Source: a virus (lineage: Duplodnaviria > Caudoviricetes). Taken from it: a stretch of 64,000 nt of DNA. Under the pieces are notes generated by a model that was not told the origin of the DNA, did not search any database, and saw only the letters and a program-made list of their open reading frames with translations. Location: positions 32,001 to 96,000 of IMG/VR virus record IMGVR_UViG_3300042973_000021, one strand, 5' to 3'. A program made the translations under genes and the position numbers. Of the stretch, positions 9,596 to 20,800 are shown one piece after another (positions within the stretch are counted from its first letter, which is position 1; every line of letters starts with the position of its first letter).

Positions 9596-11725
9596 TTATT
9601 CCACTCCCAGCGCCTTGAACACTGCGTCTTCCGCGCTCTGATAAAAGATAATCTGAAAGTTTCCCATCAGTTCCGGTGGCACGGCTCCCATGTCTGCTGC
9701 CGAAGTTATCGGAAGCAGAATCTTCTTTGCTCCGCTGTCAAGGCATACCTGCAGCGCGTTTGCCAGCTCATCCACCTTGATCATAGAACCGGCGATACTG
9801 ATCTCTCCCAGCACGGCAAGAGAACTCTGTGTCGGACGATTCAGCGCAATCGAGCAAATAGAAATAACCGTCGGCAGAGCCAGCTTGTCTGTAATTCCAA
9901 TGCCCTGCAGATCCTGATAATTGATGTTGTAATCCTTCGACGTCATGCTGATGGAGCCGCTGATCCGCTTTGCATTTGCCTTCAGGAAATTGAACGCCGT
10001 ATTCGTCGCTTCCTTCGCGCCGCGATCACTTCCAAGGCCCGTGCATACGAGCTTCCCAGTTCCCGGCAGCATCTGCGATTCCAAGCGGAATACACCGAGC
10101 ATCCCACTCTTACCACGAGAAACCGTGTAAACCTGTCCCGGATTGCAGATACCCTCCGGGATCAGCTTTCCGCCGCCCTGCTCCGGCACGGAGACATATT
10201 TCTCTTCAAAGGTCTCATTGTCGATATAGCTGAAATTCACATCGTAGAATTCCATGCCGCCGAGCTTCTTGAGCTGCTCTTTGACACGGCGGCGCATTTC
10301 GAGAGAAATCTTCAGGACTTCCTCTACGTCGTCCTTCGTGAATTCGCCGTTCGGATACATAAGCTTCAGGTATCCGTCCACCATCCTGCGGACCGCAATG
10401 ACGTCACGCTGGTTCAGATTCTTTCCAAGATGGAAATAATGATCCAGCGCATCTCCGAGCTGCTCTTTCCGCATCTCGCGAATCCATCCGGCCAGATAAT
10501 CGGTAATAAAACCATAGTCATCTGTAAAATGCTCCGGTCGGAACTTCGGTACCTCCCATCCTGGCAGATAGCAGTGAATACGGTCAAGGAACGCTGTATC
10601 GGTTCCCATTTCCGGCGGGAACGGATCAAAGAGGCTGGATGTCTTCAGGAGCACATCGACACTCTGATTGATATTGCCAACGAAAACCATCGACGCAGAA
10701 GCAGCCTTTTCTTCCTTTCCACGGGCAAAAGAACCAGATGCCATGTAATCCTTCATGATCTGAATTCCGTCGTTATCTTTGAATTTGATCCCGGCGACCT
10801 CATCAAACGCCACACAGTCCCACAGCCCGACAAGCCCGATAGTCTTTCTTCCCATATTGTAGAAAAGATTCGCGACCGTCGTCTGGCCTCCGGAAACAAG
10901 AATACTGTTCGGCGATACCTCTTTATAGAGATACGACTTTCCGGTCGAACGTGGTCCGAGCTCACAGAGATTGAAGTTATTCTCGATCAGCGGAATCATC
11001 CGGGTGAGAAGCAGCCATTTCTCTCTGTATGTCAATTCATCCGGTTCCATTCCGATCGAGCGCATCAGAATATCGAGCCATTCATCCTTCGTGAAGTCTT
11101 TTCGTCCTTCTTTCAGGCCATCCATATCCACGCTTGGCAACTGGATCGGCGTAAGCTTGCGGATGCTGATCGGCGTCAGGTCCTTCTGCTTTTTCCGCTT
11201 CGACTGAATGCGATCGCCGGAAGGCGAGATAATATCCGGCACCGCGTCTTCGCCGGAATCATATTCCAGCTGAACAATACACCAGATTCCGCCGCAGAGC
11301 AGGCGATCATACTTCTCCGGGTACTCTTCACTGATTGGAATCCCGGCAAGGCCGAGATTGGAGAAGCTTGCCTCATACTCGTCATAACGAAGATTGAGAT
11401 TCACCGTCACCATATCGATAATGGTGTGGCTTCCTCTCTGACGGAGCTTCGACAGAACCTTCTGCGCTTCATCTGGACGGACAAAGTTATCCGCCAGAAT
11501 CCGCTTCACATTTTCAATACCCTGTTCGATGACTTCCTCGTCATCAGAGCTGCAGTACTGGCCGAGAAGAAATTCCAGGACATAAACCGGCACATTTGCG
11601 CCTTCCTTGATCTTCTTGGTCAGGTCCTTCCGCACGATCTTTCCGTCAAAGTTCTGACGGAGCTTTTCTTTTATGATTTCACGGGTGCTCTTTTCCCCGG
11701 TAGAAATATCATCCATTCGTATCAC
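9596..11725 (-). CDS. brxL: BREX Lon-related AAA+ protein BrxL
   Basis: ANVPVYVLEFLLG, ELGPRSTGKS Walker A, VAFDEVAG Walker B, C-terminal Lon-like domain. Confidence 0.93.
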   Translation of the reverse strand: MIRMDDISTGEKSTREIIKEKLRQNFDGKIVRKDLTKKIKEGANVPVYVLEFLLGQYCSSDDEEVIEQGIENVKRILADNFVRPDEAQKVLSKLRQRGSHTIIDMVTVNLNLRYDEYEASFSNLGLAGIPISEEYPEKYDRLLCGGIWCIVQLEYDSGEDAVPDIISPSGDRIQSKRKKQKDLTPISIRKLTPIQLPSVDMDGLKEGRKDFTKDEWLDILMRSIGMEPDELTYREKWLLLTRMIPLIENNFNLCELGPRSTGKSYLYKEVSPNSILVSGGQTTVANLFYNMGRKTIGLVGLWDCVAFDEVAGIKFKDNDGIQIMKDYMASGSFARGKEEKAASASMVFVGNINQSVDVLLKTSSLFDPFPPEMGTDTAFLDRIHCYLPGWEVPKFRPEHFTDDYGFITDYLAGWIREMRKEQLGDALDHYFHLGKNLNQRDVIAVRRMVDGYLKLMYPNGEFTKDDVEEVLKISLEMRRRVKEQLKKLGGMEFYDVNFSYIDNETFEEKYVSVPEQGGGKLIPEGICNPGQVYTVSRGKSGMLGVFRLESQMLPGTGKLVCTGLGSDRGAKEATNTAFNFLKANAKRISGSISMTSKDYNINYQDLQGIGITDKLALPTVISICSIALNRPTQSSLAVLGEISIAGSMIKVDELANALQVCLDSGAKKILLPITSAADMGAVPPELMGNFQIIFYQSAEDAVFKALGVE

Positions 11726-11730
11726 ATCCT

Positions 11731-14340
11731 TTAGCTGAAGAAATCGAAGTCATCCACAGCAAAAGCAATGTCTATGGAGAATTCTTCGCGCTGTGGCAGC
11801 TGCAGACCGCTTTCGTCCGCAATCACCAGATAATAGCTTTCTTTATTGCTGTATTTCATTGATTTCAGGTTGAAGCTCACGCGGAACGTTCTGTCCTGAT
11901 TGTTGCTGCTCGTTTTATCCGCAATTACTCGCTGCGTATCGCTAACCTGTTTTCCTTCTGAATCTACAAAGTACAGAAGATAATTAGTAGCCTCACGGTT
12001 ATCGCCGACTGCTTCCTTCTGATAGAAATTCAGAGAGAAGATCATATTGCTGATCTTGCGGCTTGCCGAGAGAAGGCTCAGCGTCACGGGTTTTGTATCA
12101 TACTTTTTCTTATTCTTCTGATATCCGGCGCTGTCCGTACGCATGTAATGGTAATCGATCACCGGCACGACCATCTCCTGCAGGCTGATACCTCCATGCA
12201 CGAAGTTCAGGCCACCGCCTTTCTTTTTGATCCGGGTGTTTCCTATCGGTGCAAAAGCGTCATACTGCGTGCCATCCAGAAATTTTACCGGAAGCAGATA
12301 CTCCGGCTTCGCACCTTTTTTCGTAATAAGATAACGGCGATCCACTTCCACATCATCAGCTGAAGATGTCGTCTTATCCACCTTTGCATCCTCCGTCAAC
12401 GGCTTATAGGTGTAGATAAAGCCGTGGTCAGAAGTGATGTATATCCTCGTTCCGCTGAACTCATTGACAATGATACGCACCATGTTCTTGAGCTCGGAAA
12501 TCGCATCACTGCAAGAGTCAAAAACAAGTGCTTCATCGGTATGGCTGGTCTCATCAATCTTGTCATGGTAGATATATACGACATCCATGCCCTTTACCAG
12601 AGCGCTGCGCTCAGCACGCTTCATCTTGATGATATCCTTGTACTTCAGCGCCACGCTTGCCGGATTCGCTTTCTTCAGGATTCCGTCCCGGTACTGCGCA
12701 TCTGTCGGCTGGCCGTCCGCCAGAACGCCCACGACGCCATTCGATTTCAACTCCGCCGTCAGTTCCTTATGCGGCAGAAGCGCCGTCATGCCGAACTTCG
12801 TCACAGTTGGGAAAATGCCCTCGCAGGATGACAGCTTAACCTCTGCCTGCGTTTCCCGGCGCAGCTCTTCAGATAGTGTTGCCGCTACTTCATAGCGCAT
12901 GGCATCGGAAATAATCACAAACACGCGAGTATCGGCATTCTGCACGTGGGTGCGATAGAAATCCCGCTGCTGCGGCACCTCCATAATCCTGCCGTATTCC
13001 TTCAGGTTGTCCGATGCGGCAGTTGCCCAGTTGGTGCCAAGATTATCCAGATACCAGTTTGCGTACAGTCCTTCCACATTGTCCGCCACATGCTTAAACA
13101 GGTCGTCGAGCAGCGGATTGGATGAATTCAGAGATTTCCCGAACGCCACATGGAAAAGCCTGTAGCAGGTATCCATCTTATAGTAATCAGTAGTGTATTC
13201 CTTCCAGACCTTATGCGGCTCCACGGTATGAAATCCGGCGGCATGGTCCAGATAGAACTTCTGCATGTGCGCGACCTCCAGAACTCCCTCATAAAAGTTC
13301 TGCACTCGCTCATACCAAAGCATCGTCCGGCGCTGCTCCGCGGTCTGTTCGATGACATCCACATTAATCGTATGATCGATGATGTCCGTCATCAGTTTTT
13401 TCAGAATGCACTCATCGATGCACGGAAAGATTTCTGTCTGGGTAAGCTCTTCAATCGGCAGCTGACTGAATCTTGCCGGAAGGCGTAGTTCATCTTCGGT
13501 CTGTCTTGCAATGCTATAAAGCTCCCGCGTCTCATCCGAATGCATCCACTCCGACATGAAATCGTAGCAATAGCTCTGATGCGGGATAGAAATAAACCCA
13601 TCCAGACCGATCAGATTATCCATGCGCATAGTACGTGTTGCCGCCGTCATCAGGATATGGCAGGAGAGCCTGCCGAGATCAGGCGTTTCCTCACGATAAC
13701 CGGTGACCTGAGCCACCATCTGCCAGAAAACAGAGTATGCTCCATATTTTACGAGAGACTGGTATATGCTGTTCTGCTCCTGATCAGTTCCGGCACGGAG
13801 CACCGTCCGGATCAGAAGATTCGGCTCGGTATCCTTCACACCACAGAGAATCGCGATCACAGCCTTATGCAGATGCACAGGTGCAGTGATCTTCTGATTG
13901 AGATTTGCCACCTTCGTGCGGTGAGCCTTCGTCTTGAAGAACGGACGATAATCCTTCACAGTCTTCCGCAGGTTCGCCGTATTCTCAATCCCCATCTCTT
14001 CGAGCCAGATGGAAACAAGATCCGCGCGGAATTCCTCACTGTAAAGCTGCACGGGCAGGAGCCAGTTTTTTTCATCCGGATAGGTGACCGGGCAATAGAC
14101 ACAGAAGTTACTCGTCCTGTCATCATGCGTCAGAAGCTTCTTTACTTCAAAATTATTCGTCTCATCCAGAGCGATGAGCTTTGCATCCGCCAGTTTGATT
14201 TCTCCGTTCTGAACCTTCTCCTCGAAATCCCTGTCCTCGTCGTACCAGAAGATGATCCGGCGCTGATAGAACTCCGGAAGCGAAGCAGCAAACCGGCGGT
14301 TTAATTCCTGTATTACTTTATCTGAATCAGGCAGAGCCAT
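11731..14340 (-). CDS. pglZ: BREX-1 PglZ phosphatase-domain protein
   Basis: RIIFWYD N-terminus, IISDAMRYE, TSDHG, FVHGGISLQE. Confidence 0.93.
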   Translation of the reverse strand: MALPDSDKVIQELNRRFAASLPEFYQRRIIFWYDEDRDFEEKVQNGEIKLADAKLIALDETNNFEVKKLLTHDDRTSNFCVYCPVTYPDEKNWLLPVQLYSEEFRADLVSIWLEEMGIENTANLRKTVKDYRPFFKTKAHRTKVANLNQKITAPVHLHKAVIAILCGVKDTEPNLLIRTVLRAGTDQEQNSIYQSLVKYGAYSVFWQMVAQVTGYREETPDLGRLSCHILMTAATRTMRMDNLIGLDGFISIPHQSYCYDFMSEWMHSDETRELYSIARQTEDELRLPARFSQLPIEELTQTEIFPCIDECILKKLMTDIIDHTINVDVIEQTAEQRRTMLWYERVQNFYEGVLEVAHMQKFYLDHAAGFHTVEPHKVWKEYTTDYYKMDTCYRLFHVAFGKSLNSSNPLLDDLFKHVADNVEGLYANWYLDNLGTNWATAASDNLKEYGRIMEVPQQRDFYRTHVQNADTRVFVIISDAMRYEVAATLSEELRRETQAEVKLSSCEGIFPTVTKFGMTALLPHKELTAELKSNGVVGVLADGQPTDAQYRDGILKKANPASVALKYKDIIKMKRAERSALVKGMDVVYIYHDKIDETSHTDEALVFDSCSDAISELKNMVRIIVNEFSGTRIYITSDHGFIYTYKPLTEDAKVDKTTSSADDVEVDRRYLITKKGAKPEYLLPVKFLDGTQYDAFAPIGNTRIKKKGGGLNFVHGGISLQEMVVPVIDYHYMRTDSAGYQKNKKKYDTKPVTLSLLSASRKISNMIFSLNFYQKEAVGDNREATNYLLYFVDSEGKQVSDTQRVIADKTSSNNQDRTFRVSFNLKSMKYSNKESYYLVIADESGLQLPQREEFSIDIAFAVDDFDFFS

Positions 14341-14354
14341 AAGCTTCGCCTCCT

Positions 14355-17300
14355 TTACTTTATCTTCGCCAGAACATCCTGGAATATTGCGTAGTTGTGC
14401 TTCACGCCGTCATCCAAATCAATCGATATCATTTGATCCGCAAGATGGTGGATCTTTTCCTCATACAAACGTGTCTCTTCCGCCTGATCACGGAGCTTTG
14501 TGAGCTGCTTGTTCAGACGAACACGCTCCGATGTCGACGCACCATTGATCTGGCATTCAAGACCAGAAATTGCTGTGCGATACCTTGCCTGCTGCTCATG
14601 CACATAGTCCGTCCGAATGCGGGCAATCGTGTCCGGCTGGTAGCGGTGCATATAGATAAGGCACTTAAAGCCGTTCTTTTTGCCGGAGTCGAAAAGCCAG
14701 TAAATCGGGCGCTTCTGGTAGATCTTGCAATGATCCTTGTAAAAATCCTTTATGAAATAATTTCGGATGACTTCACGTGATGTAGCGCCTTTTTCACCCA
14801 GCGCATCTGCGATAAACTTCAGATTCTCCTCCAGTGTACCCTCGCCGTATACTGTGCGGACAAATTCCACAAATCTGCCTACAATGTCGTCTGTAAAATA
14901 CTCATCATCCGTAATGGGAATAATAGCGTCTTTGTCCGGAATGAAAGTTTTGTACTTCGAGCCGTCCCAATTTCCGCCAGCATAGGCGAGACCGTCTACA
15001 TCAAGAGAATACCTACCAAACATACAGCCAACTGCATAGGAAACAAACGAGCGTATATCCCGACCAAGGTCAGCCTTGCGGACGGTCACGTCCTTGTCAT
15101 CTTCCTCCGGCGTCAGCTCATCCTGCAAGCCGTAGATGTCGATAAAGATACGGTTCAGCTCTTCCTCATTAGCTTTCAGCTGATTGAAGCGGTCGTCGCA
15201 TTCCTGCTGCCACTGGGTGAAGGCTTCTTTGATGGTATGCGTGTTGCGAATCAGCGGATGCTTTTGAAAATCCCATGAGGTTTCAAAGGAGTCCCAGTCA
15301 TTTTTTGACAGCAAAACACATTCTTGTGCTCGAGATATAATTCCTGCCTGTTGATTTTCCTGAACTATAAGTACCGGAAAATTTTTAAAATCTCCTACCT
15401 GCAAATTGATCGTTGGATTCAACATCTTAAAAACGTAATTTGCCACAGGTGTTGATAAAATAGCCAACAGATACATCAAATTACATTTTCCTGTATAAAA
15501 CGCCGACATACCAGAAACATCATGTATACCACCTGTAGTCCTATACCGTATGCTGAAGCCACCGGATGTTATCAAACCCCAAGTAATTGCGTCTTTAAAA
15601 TACGAATCTGTATTTTGTGGCCGAGATCTAAGTTTTCCATGATTATCTACGAAATGTTTTATTTCAAATCCATCATTCTCCCAATTAACAAGATAGTCAT
15701 AATTTCCATACCAGTTTCGTCTTTCTCCTCCTTTGTTATAAGGAACCCACTTTTTCCCACTCTTAAGGAGTTCATCAGCATTTGCTGAATCATATTTACA
15801 TTTTTGCGGATCAACTTCATACCAAAATCTTAAAAACCTATTATTATCCCCAGTAGCCAGCCCCTGCTTAACAGATACCAACTTCTCTGTTGATAGCCCT
15901 TTCTCAAAGTCCGCCAGCATATTTGAACTCACCCAATACGCCACCGGGCTGCCGGGGATTTTGGAGAAGTTGGACTGGGAGGATTCGTAGAAGAAGCCAC
16001 AATCCGGATTTGATAATGCTTCCTTTACCTTCCTGCGCTGGACTTCCATGCCACCTGTGAAATCGGACAGGCGGAAATATTCGCCCTTACTTTCTGCTTT
16101 GCCATTTTTCAAAACAAATGAGCAAATCGGCACAGTAGCTTCTTCAAATGCGGAGTACTCGAACTGAATCAATGTAGTGATGGCTTTGTTATTAAGAATG
16201 TAATTCCGCAGCGGTTCGTATGTCTTGATAAACATCCAGACCATAGGCGTCATGAATCCGGAATATCCATTCTCCTCGCAGAATCCAAAATTTCTGTAAA
16301 CGAACACACTGAACAGGTCGCCTTTGTAATCGGCATAGTTGTCAGCGATATACTTCTTCAGCTTTGCGTCAAACTTATTGAGGTACGGCGGATTTGTTGC
16401 CACGACTGCATATTTGTCGGACAGAATCTTTGCCTCACGCACAAGCGGAAGAAGTGTACCCAATGCTGTATCTCTGTAGAGATCAACATCATTCTCGATT
16501 TCCGCAAACCGTGCAAAAAGTGCGTCAAAGTCCACAGGCTTTATCTGAATGATAGAGCCATATTCCTTGGCATCCCGTGTGTCATCTATGATTGACTGTA
16601 TATCTTTCTTGAGCTTGTCGCTGCCATTGGCAAAGTAATCAATGGTAAAGGAATCTACATGATTGCTTTCCTTTATCTCATAGAAATGTGGCTGGATGCC
16701 GCGTTTCAGGAAACGTCTGTCATACTGCATTGCCTTCATCATGATAGCAAAACTGGCGAGCTGCGCCGCACGTTCGTCAATGTCAAGTCCAAACAGATTA
16801 TTCTGTACAATAGAAGCCGCTGCTTCCCGTTCTGTATAACCGTATTCGGTATAGATTTTCTCAAGCACATCAAAGGTATAAACCCCAAAGTGAGCACTGC
16901 CCATACAAGGATCGAATACGGTGAGCTGTTCTGGAGTTATCTTTTCATTCACAATCGAAATATTGCCATCCTTCGGCGCGACAAAATACTCCAATACATT
17001 TTTCAGATTGCTGTTTGAATTCCGTTCAATCCAGTATCTTCCGACAGAATTATCAATGATATAGCGAACTACCCAATCAGGTGTAAATAGCTCCGTCGCA
17101 GCTGGAATATCTTCTTTCTCTACAGTTTTCTTTCCAATAGCATTTACTACCTTTTCATGTTTTTCCGACATGTAATACTGGTAAAGCCATCCAATAATTT
17201 CAATTTGCCCGCCCTCTTCTACATTCCAGTCTTTCTCCGGAATATCAGTAATCATTCGTTCCACAACGCTTCCTTCCCGGAGCAGATTGTCCGGGAAGAG

Positions 17301-17807
17301 CAACTCGGTGTAGTCTGCGATCTTCTGGAACATTCCCGGCAGCACACTGGAGAGTGCATTGCACTGCGTGATGATAAGGTACTTGAACAGTGCGTCGTCA
17401 TCATTAGCATCCTTCAGGGCATAGACTTTCTCCATGTCGAGACCGTCCAGATCCAGATGAATTGCCTCGGCCAGGATCTCCGGCTTGAACTTCCCGTTTT
17501 CATCCGTAAACACACGAATTCGGGACGGAAGGTAATTATTGACCTCCATAAACCGCAGAGCCGCAAAACGGTTGAACCAGGTATAGGCGACTTCCTCCAT
17601 CACCTGATCCTGTCCCTTTTCCTTTACCTGCCCGATCAGCGCCGCACGCTGCTTCTTCTCATCCGCTGTCAGAAGAACGCCATGCGCAGAGTCCGCATTT
17701 GGATCTGCATCCGCGCTGATTTCATATTGATCTGCCTTCTGCGACACGCGCTCAATGAGTTCGTTTCTTGCCCAGACGGCGTATTTCTTTATTGCATTCT
17801 TATCCAT
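14355..17807 (-). CDS. pglX: BREX-1 adenine-specific DNA methyltransferase PglX (BrxX)
   Basis: EEVAYTWFNR, FTPDWVV, DPCMGSAH, NPPY, KRPIYW, IDLDDGVK.NY. Confidence 0.95.
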   Translation of the reverse strand: MDKNAIKKYAVWARNELIERVSQKADQYEISADADPNADSAHGVLLTADEKKQRAALIGQVKEKGQDQVMEEVAYTWFNRFAALRFMEVNNYLPSRIRVFTDENGKFKPEILAEAIHLDLDGLDMEKVYALKDANDDDALFKYLIITQCNALSSVLPGMFQKIADYTELLFPDNLLREGSVVERMITDIPEKDWNVEEGGQIEIIGWLYQYYMSEKHEKVVNAIGKKTVEKEDIPAATELFTPDWVVRYIIDNSVGRYWIERNSNSNLKNVLEYFVAPKDGNISIVNEKITPEQLTVFDPCMGSAHFGVYTFDVLEKIYTEYGYTEREAAASIVQNNLFGLDIDERAAQLASFAIMMKAMQYDRRFLKRGIQPHFYEIKESNHVDSFTIDYFANGSDKLKKDIQSIIDDTRDAKEYGSIIQIKPVDFDALFARFAEIENDVDLYRDTALGTLLPLVREAKILSDKYAVVATNPPYLNKFDAKLKKYIADNYADYKGDLFSVFVYRNFGFCEENGYSGFMTPMVWMFIKTYEPLRNYILNNKAITTLIQFEYSAFEEATVPICSFVLKNGKAESKGEYFRLSDFTGGMEVQRRKVKEALSNPDCGFFYESSQSNFSKIPGSPVAYWVSSNMLADFEKGLSTEKLVSVKQGLATGDNNRFLRFWYEVDPQKCKYDSANADELLKSGKKWVPYNKGGERRNWYGNYDYLVNWENDGFEIKHFVDNHGKLRSRPQNTDSYFKDAITWGLITSGGFSIRYRTTGGIHDVSGMSAFYTGKCNLMYLLAILSTPVANYVFKMLNPTINLQVGDFKNFPVLIVQENQQAGIISRAQECVLLSKNDWDSFETSWDFQKHPLIRNTHTIKEAFTQWQQECDDRFNQLKANEEELNRIFIDIYGLQDELTPEEDDKDVTVRKADLGRDIRSFVSYAVGCMFGRYSLDVDGLAYAGGNWDGSKYKTFIPDKDAIIPITDDEYFTDDIVGRFVEFVRTVYGEGTLEENLKFIADALGEKGATSREVIRNYFIKDFYKDHCKIYQKRPIYWLFDSGKKNGFKCLIYMHRYQPDTIARIRTDYVHEQQARYRTAISGLECQINGASTSERVRLNKQLTKLRDQAEETRLYEEKIHHLADQMISIDLDDGVKHNYAIFQDVLAKIK

Positions 17808-17871
17808 GAAAGAGTCCTCTCTTAGTTCTACTCTGTATAACTTCTGCCAGCCAAATCAAAGATTTGGGGCA

Positions 17872-20800
17872 TCAGTTAAGTTTAATTCCGTCGCAGTCCT
17901 TCAGAAGCGCATTCAGGTAGGAGCGCATCCGCTCCACATAGTCATTTACATCGTCTTCACTTTCCAGCGTTGCCTGCTTGAAAATCGCCTGACGATAGCA
18001 GTTCTTGATATGCTTCTTCGGCTGATCCGGCTGCACAGGCTTTACCGGTTTCTTCGGCTTCTTTGCGGATTCAATCGCCGCAACGGTGTCGTCCTTGTAG
18101 TTCCACATCTGTGTGGTCATGCCGTCGAGCAGGACAATAGTTCTGGTGGTGGCGATCTGACTCTTCATCTGCGTGAAGTAGTTGTCCGCCTTCTCTATGA
18201 CATTTCTGAATTCGCCGCCTTCGCCTGCCGCCTGATGAATCTCAGCGAGGCACTGGCGCACAATCTCCAGAAGATCTGCACGCTTTTCCTCGAGCAGCTT
18301 ATTATGCCCGGCACGGACTTTATCCATCAGTCCATTGAGCTCCGGAATCTGTCTGTAGACAGCCGGATTGCTGCCGTTTACCAGTGTGATCTTCCGGATC
18401 TGGTTCAGCGCTTCATTGGTTTCCTCATCCTTCTGAATATACGGCAGGTCGTTCCGGAGATCGGCTTCCATCTTCACTGCAGAATCAAACACCGTAACCT
18501 GGTTCTTAAAGAACGCTTCGACCGGCTGCATGTCGTCCTTGCTGTCAAACAGCTTCGTTTCGTCTGCTACCAGACGGTCAATCAGCGCGATGTCGTCCTT
18601 CTCCTGCGAGAGCACGTCGTCCATCAGCTTGATGGCTGCTGTTACCTTGTCGTGATCCGGGTATTTGTGGCCCGCATACCGGCTGTTCAGTTCCTCGTAA
18701 TGCTGCTTCTGATCTTTGAACTTGTCCAGAATCAGCTTAACGAGAGCATCCTGATCATCTGGCACGTCCATGATGTCGAAGTACTCCCGCATGATCTCTT
18801 TTGCGGCTTTCATTTTCTGCGCGGAGGCAGACTGCTTCATGGAAATCATGGCCTTGCCGCGCTCTGTCTTTTTGCGGAGCATATCCGGAAGCTTCGGATT
18901 GTCCGGGCGAATCTGTGCGCCGCCGTATTTAATCGTAACCTTCTGCTGATAAATCAGAAGTGCCACAACCGCGGCGATGTCGATTTCCTTCCAGCCGTAC
19001 GGAATCTTCTGATAGCGCGTCTGGATGTCGTCCATCGAGGTCGGAAGCTTCTTCATGGACTGCATTTCGAGGTACTCCTCGACCTTGGCAGCAGCATCAC
19101 GGTTGTTCTCCATACCGGCCATTTCCGGATTGGTTCCGCGCAGAATCTCGATGATATCTGCATCCGTTTCCGCATTCTTTGTAATCAGGTCGAGCTCGCT
19201 GTAGACGTGCGCCACAAGATATTCGAGAGCTTGATCAATCTTGGAAACCGGCGTTCCGCTCTTGATTTCGATATGCTCGCCGTCTACATAGAACTCCGCA
19301 CCGGCGATGGCTTTCTCAAGTTCTTCCTTGGCGGAGGTTTCATACTTTCCGGCCTCGTCCTGCTGGTCGCGAATGATGTCCTGCACGGATTTCGCCAGCT
19401 GATTCACATTGCGCTGCTTCACATACTTGCGAATCTTCATGGCGTTTTCCAGAGACTCGTAGTATGGCGTATCTGCGAGCACGACAATGGCGGCTCCCTT
19501 GGATTCCGTCATCAGACGCAGTTCCTGCTTGTCCGTCACGTCCGTAGCTACTGTTAGGAAGCGGAGCGTCATGCCACCAGTCACCGCACCGATGGAAGTG
19601 GAATCCACCATCTCATCAAACGGGAAGTCGTATTTCCCATACCGGTATTTCTTCTGTGTATAGATATCGCCGAAGATCATCTGCCCGATACGCTCAACGA
19701 TCTTGGCGGTATCTACAGATGTATTCGCGATGTCTCGCGCAATATCCTGCTCCTCATCGGTGAGGAAGATATAGGCATCGCCGCGGCGGTCAATATAGTT
19801 CTGGCTCTTCAGGCGGTCGAGCGACTTCTGCACCGTCTGCCGGAGCTCGATCTTATCCGTCCGGATATCATCCGACATCAGAATGACGATGTTATCAAGG
19901 TTTGCCTTTACATCATCGATGTAGCGAATGAGGTAGAGGAGCTTTAATACCTTGACGTCATAGTCTTCAATGCCGTCATGATTATCCGCGGCCTTCTGGC
20001 AGCGCTCGATCACGCGGCGGATAGAGCCGTCGAGGAAGGAGTGCACGCTGTCATAGAAAGGATAGAGCGGAGCAATCGCATGCTCGTCCTTATCCTCGAT
20101 GGATTTTGCTACGATCTGGAAGCCGTCCAGCATCGACCGCTCTGCACCGGAGTAGTGCTTTCCGGCAGCGCCATGCTTGCGGATTTCCGAGAAAATCTTC
20201 TGAATCAGGATGAACTGATACGGCACAAACGGATAGTTCACAACGAACTCCTCCGGGCCGCTGTATCCCTTAATATCGAGCACAGAATCGGTGAAGCTGA
20301 ACAGGTTCTTCAGCACGTAGTCGTTGCGCTCATACAGGTCAGTAAGAACGGTCTTGGCTTCCGACTTCTTGGTGAGGAGTCTCTTCTGGATGACCTCATC
20401 CACGGCAGAGGAGGACAGGGAAAGTCTCGTCTTAAACCGCGCCTGAATGCGGGAGAACTCATCCATGCGAACCTTGATGATCTCGTCGATGGCTTCCTGT
20501 CCGGTGCAGACGATCCACACCTTGCCGCCGCATTCGCTTCCAACCTTCTCAACAAGGGACTGAAGGTTCAGGAGCAGGTTTGTATCCGTGCCAACATACT
20601 GGCCAACCTCGTCCACCATAAAGAGAAGCCTGAAGTTCTTCGGCTTGCTGTTCACATAGTCCTTAATCTCAGATACGAGCTGTGCAATGCTGATCTCCGC
20701 GGTCTCCGTTCCATTGAACCAGTTACGGGCAGCGGTCTCGCTCATGCCGAGCACTTCCTCGAGTGTCTCGACCACATCATCCTCGAAGAAGCCGAAGGAT

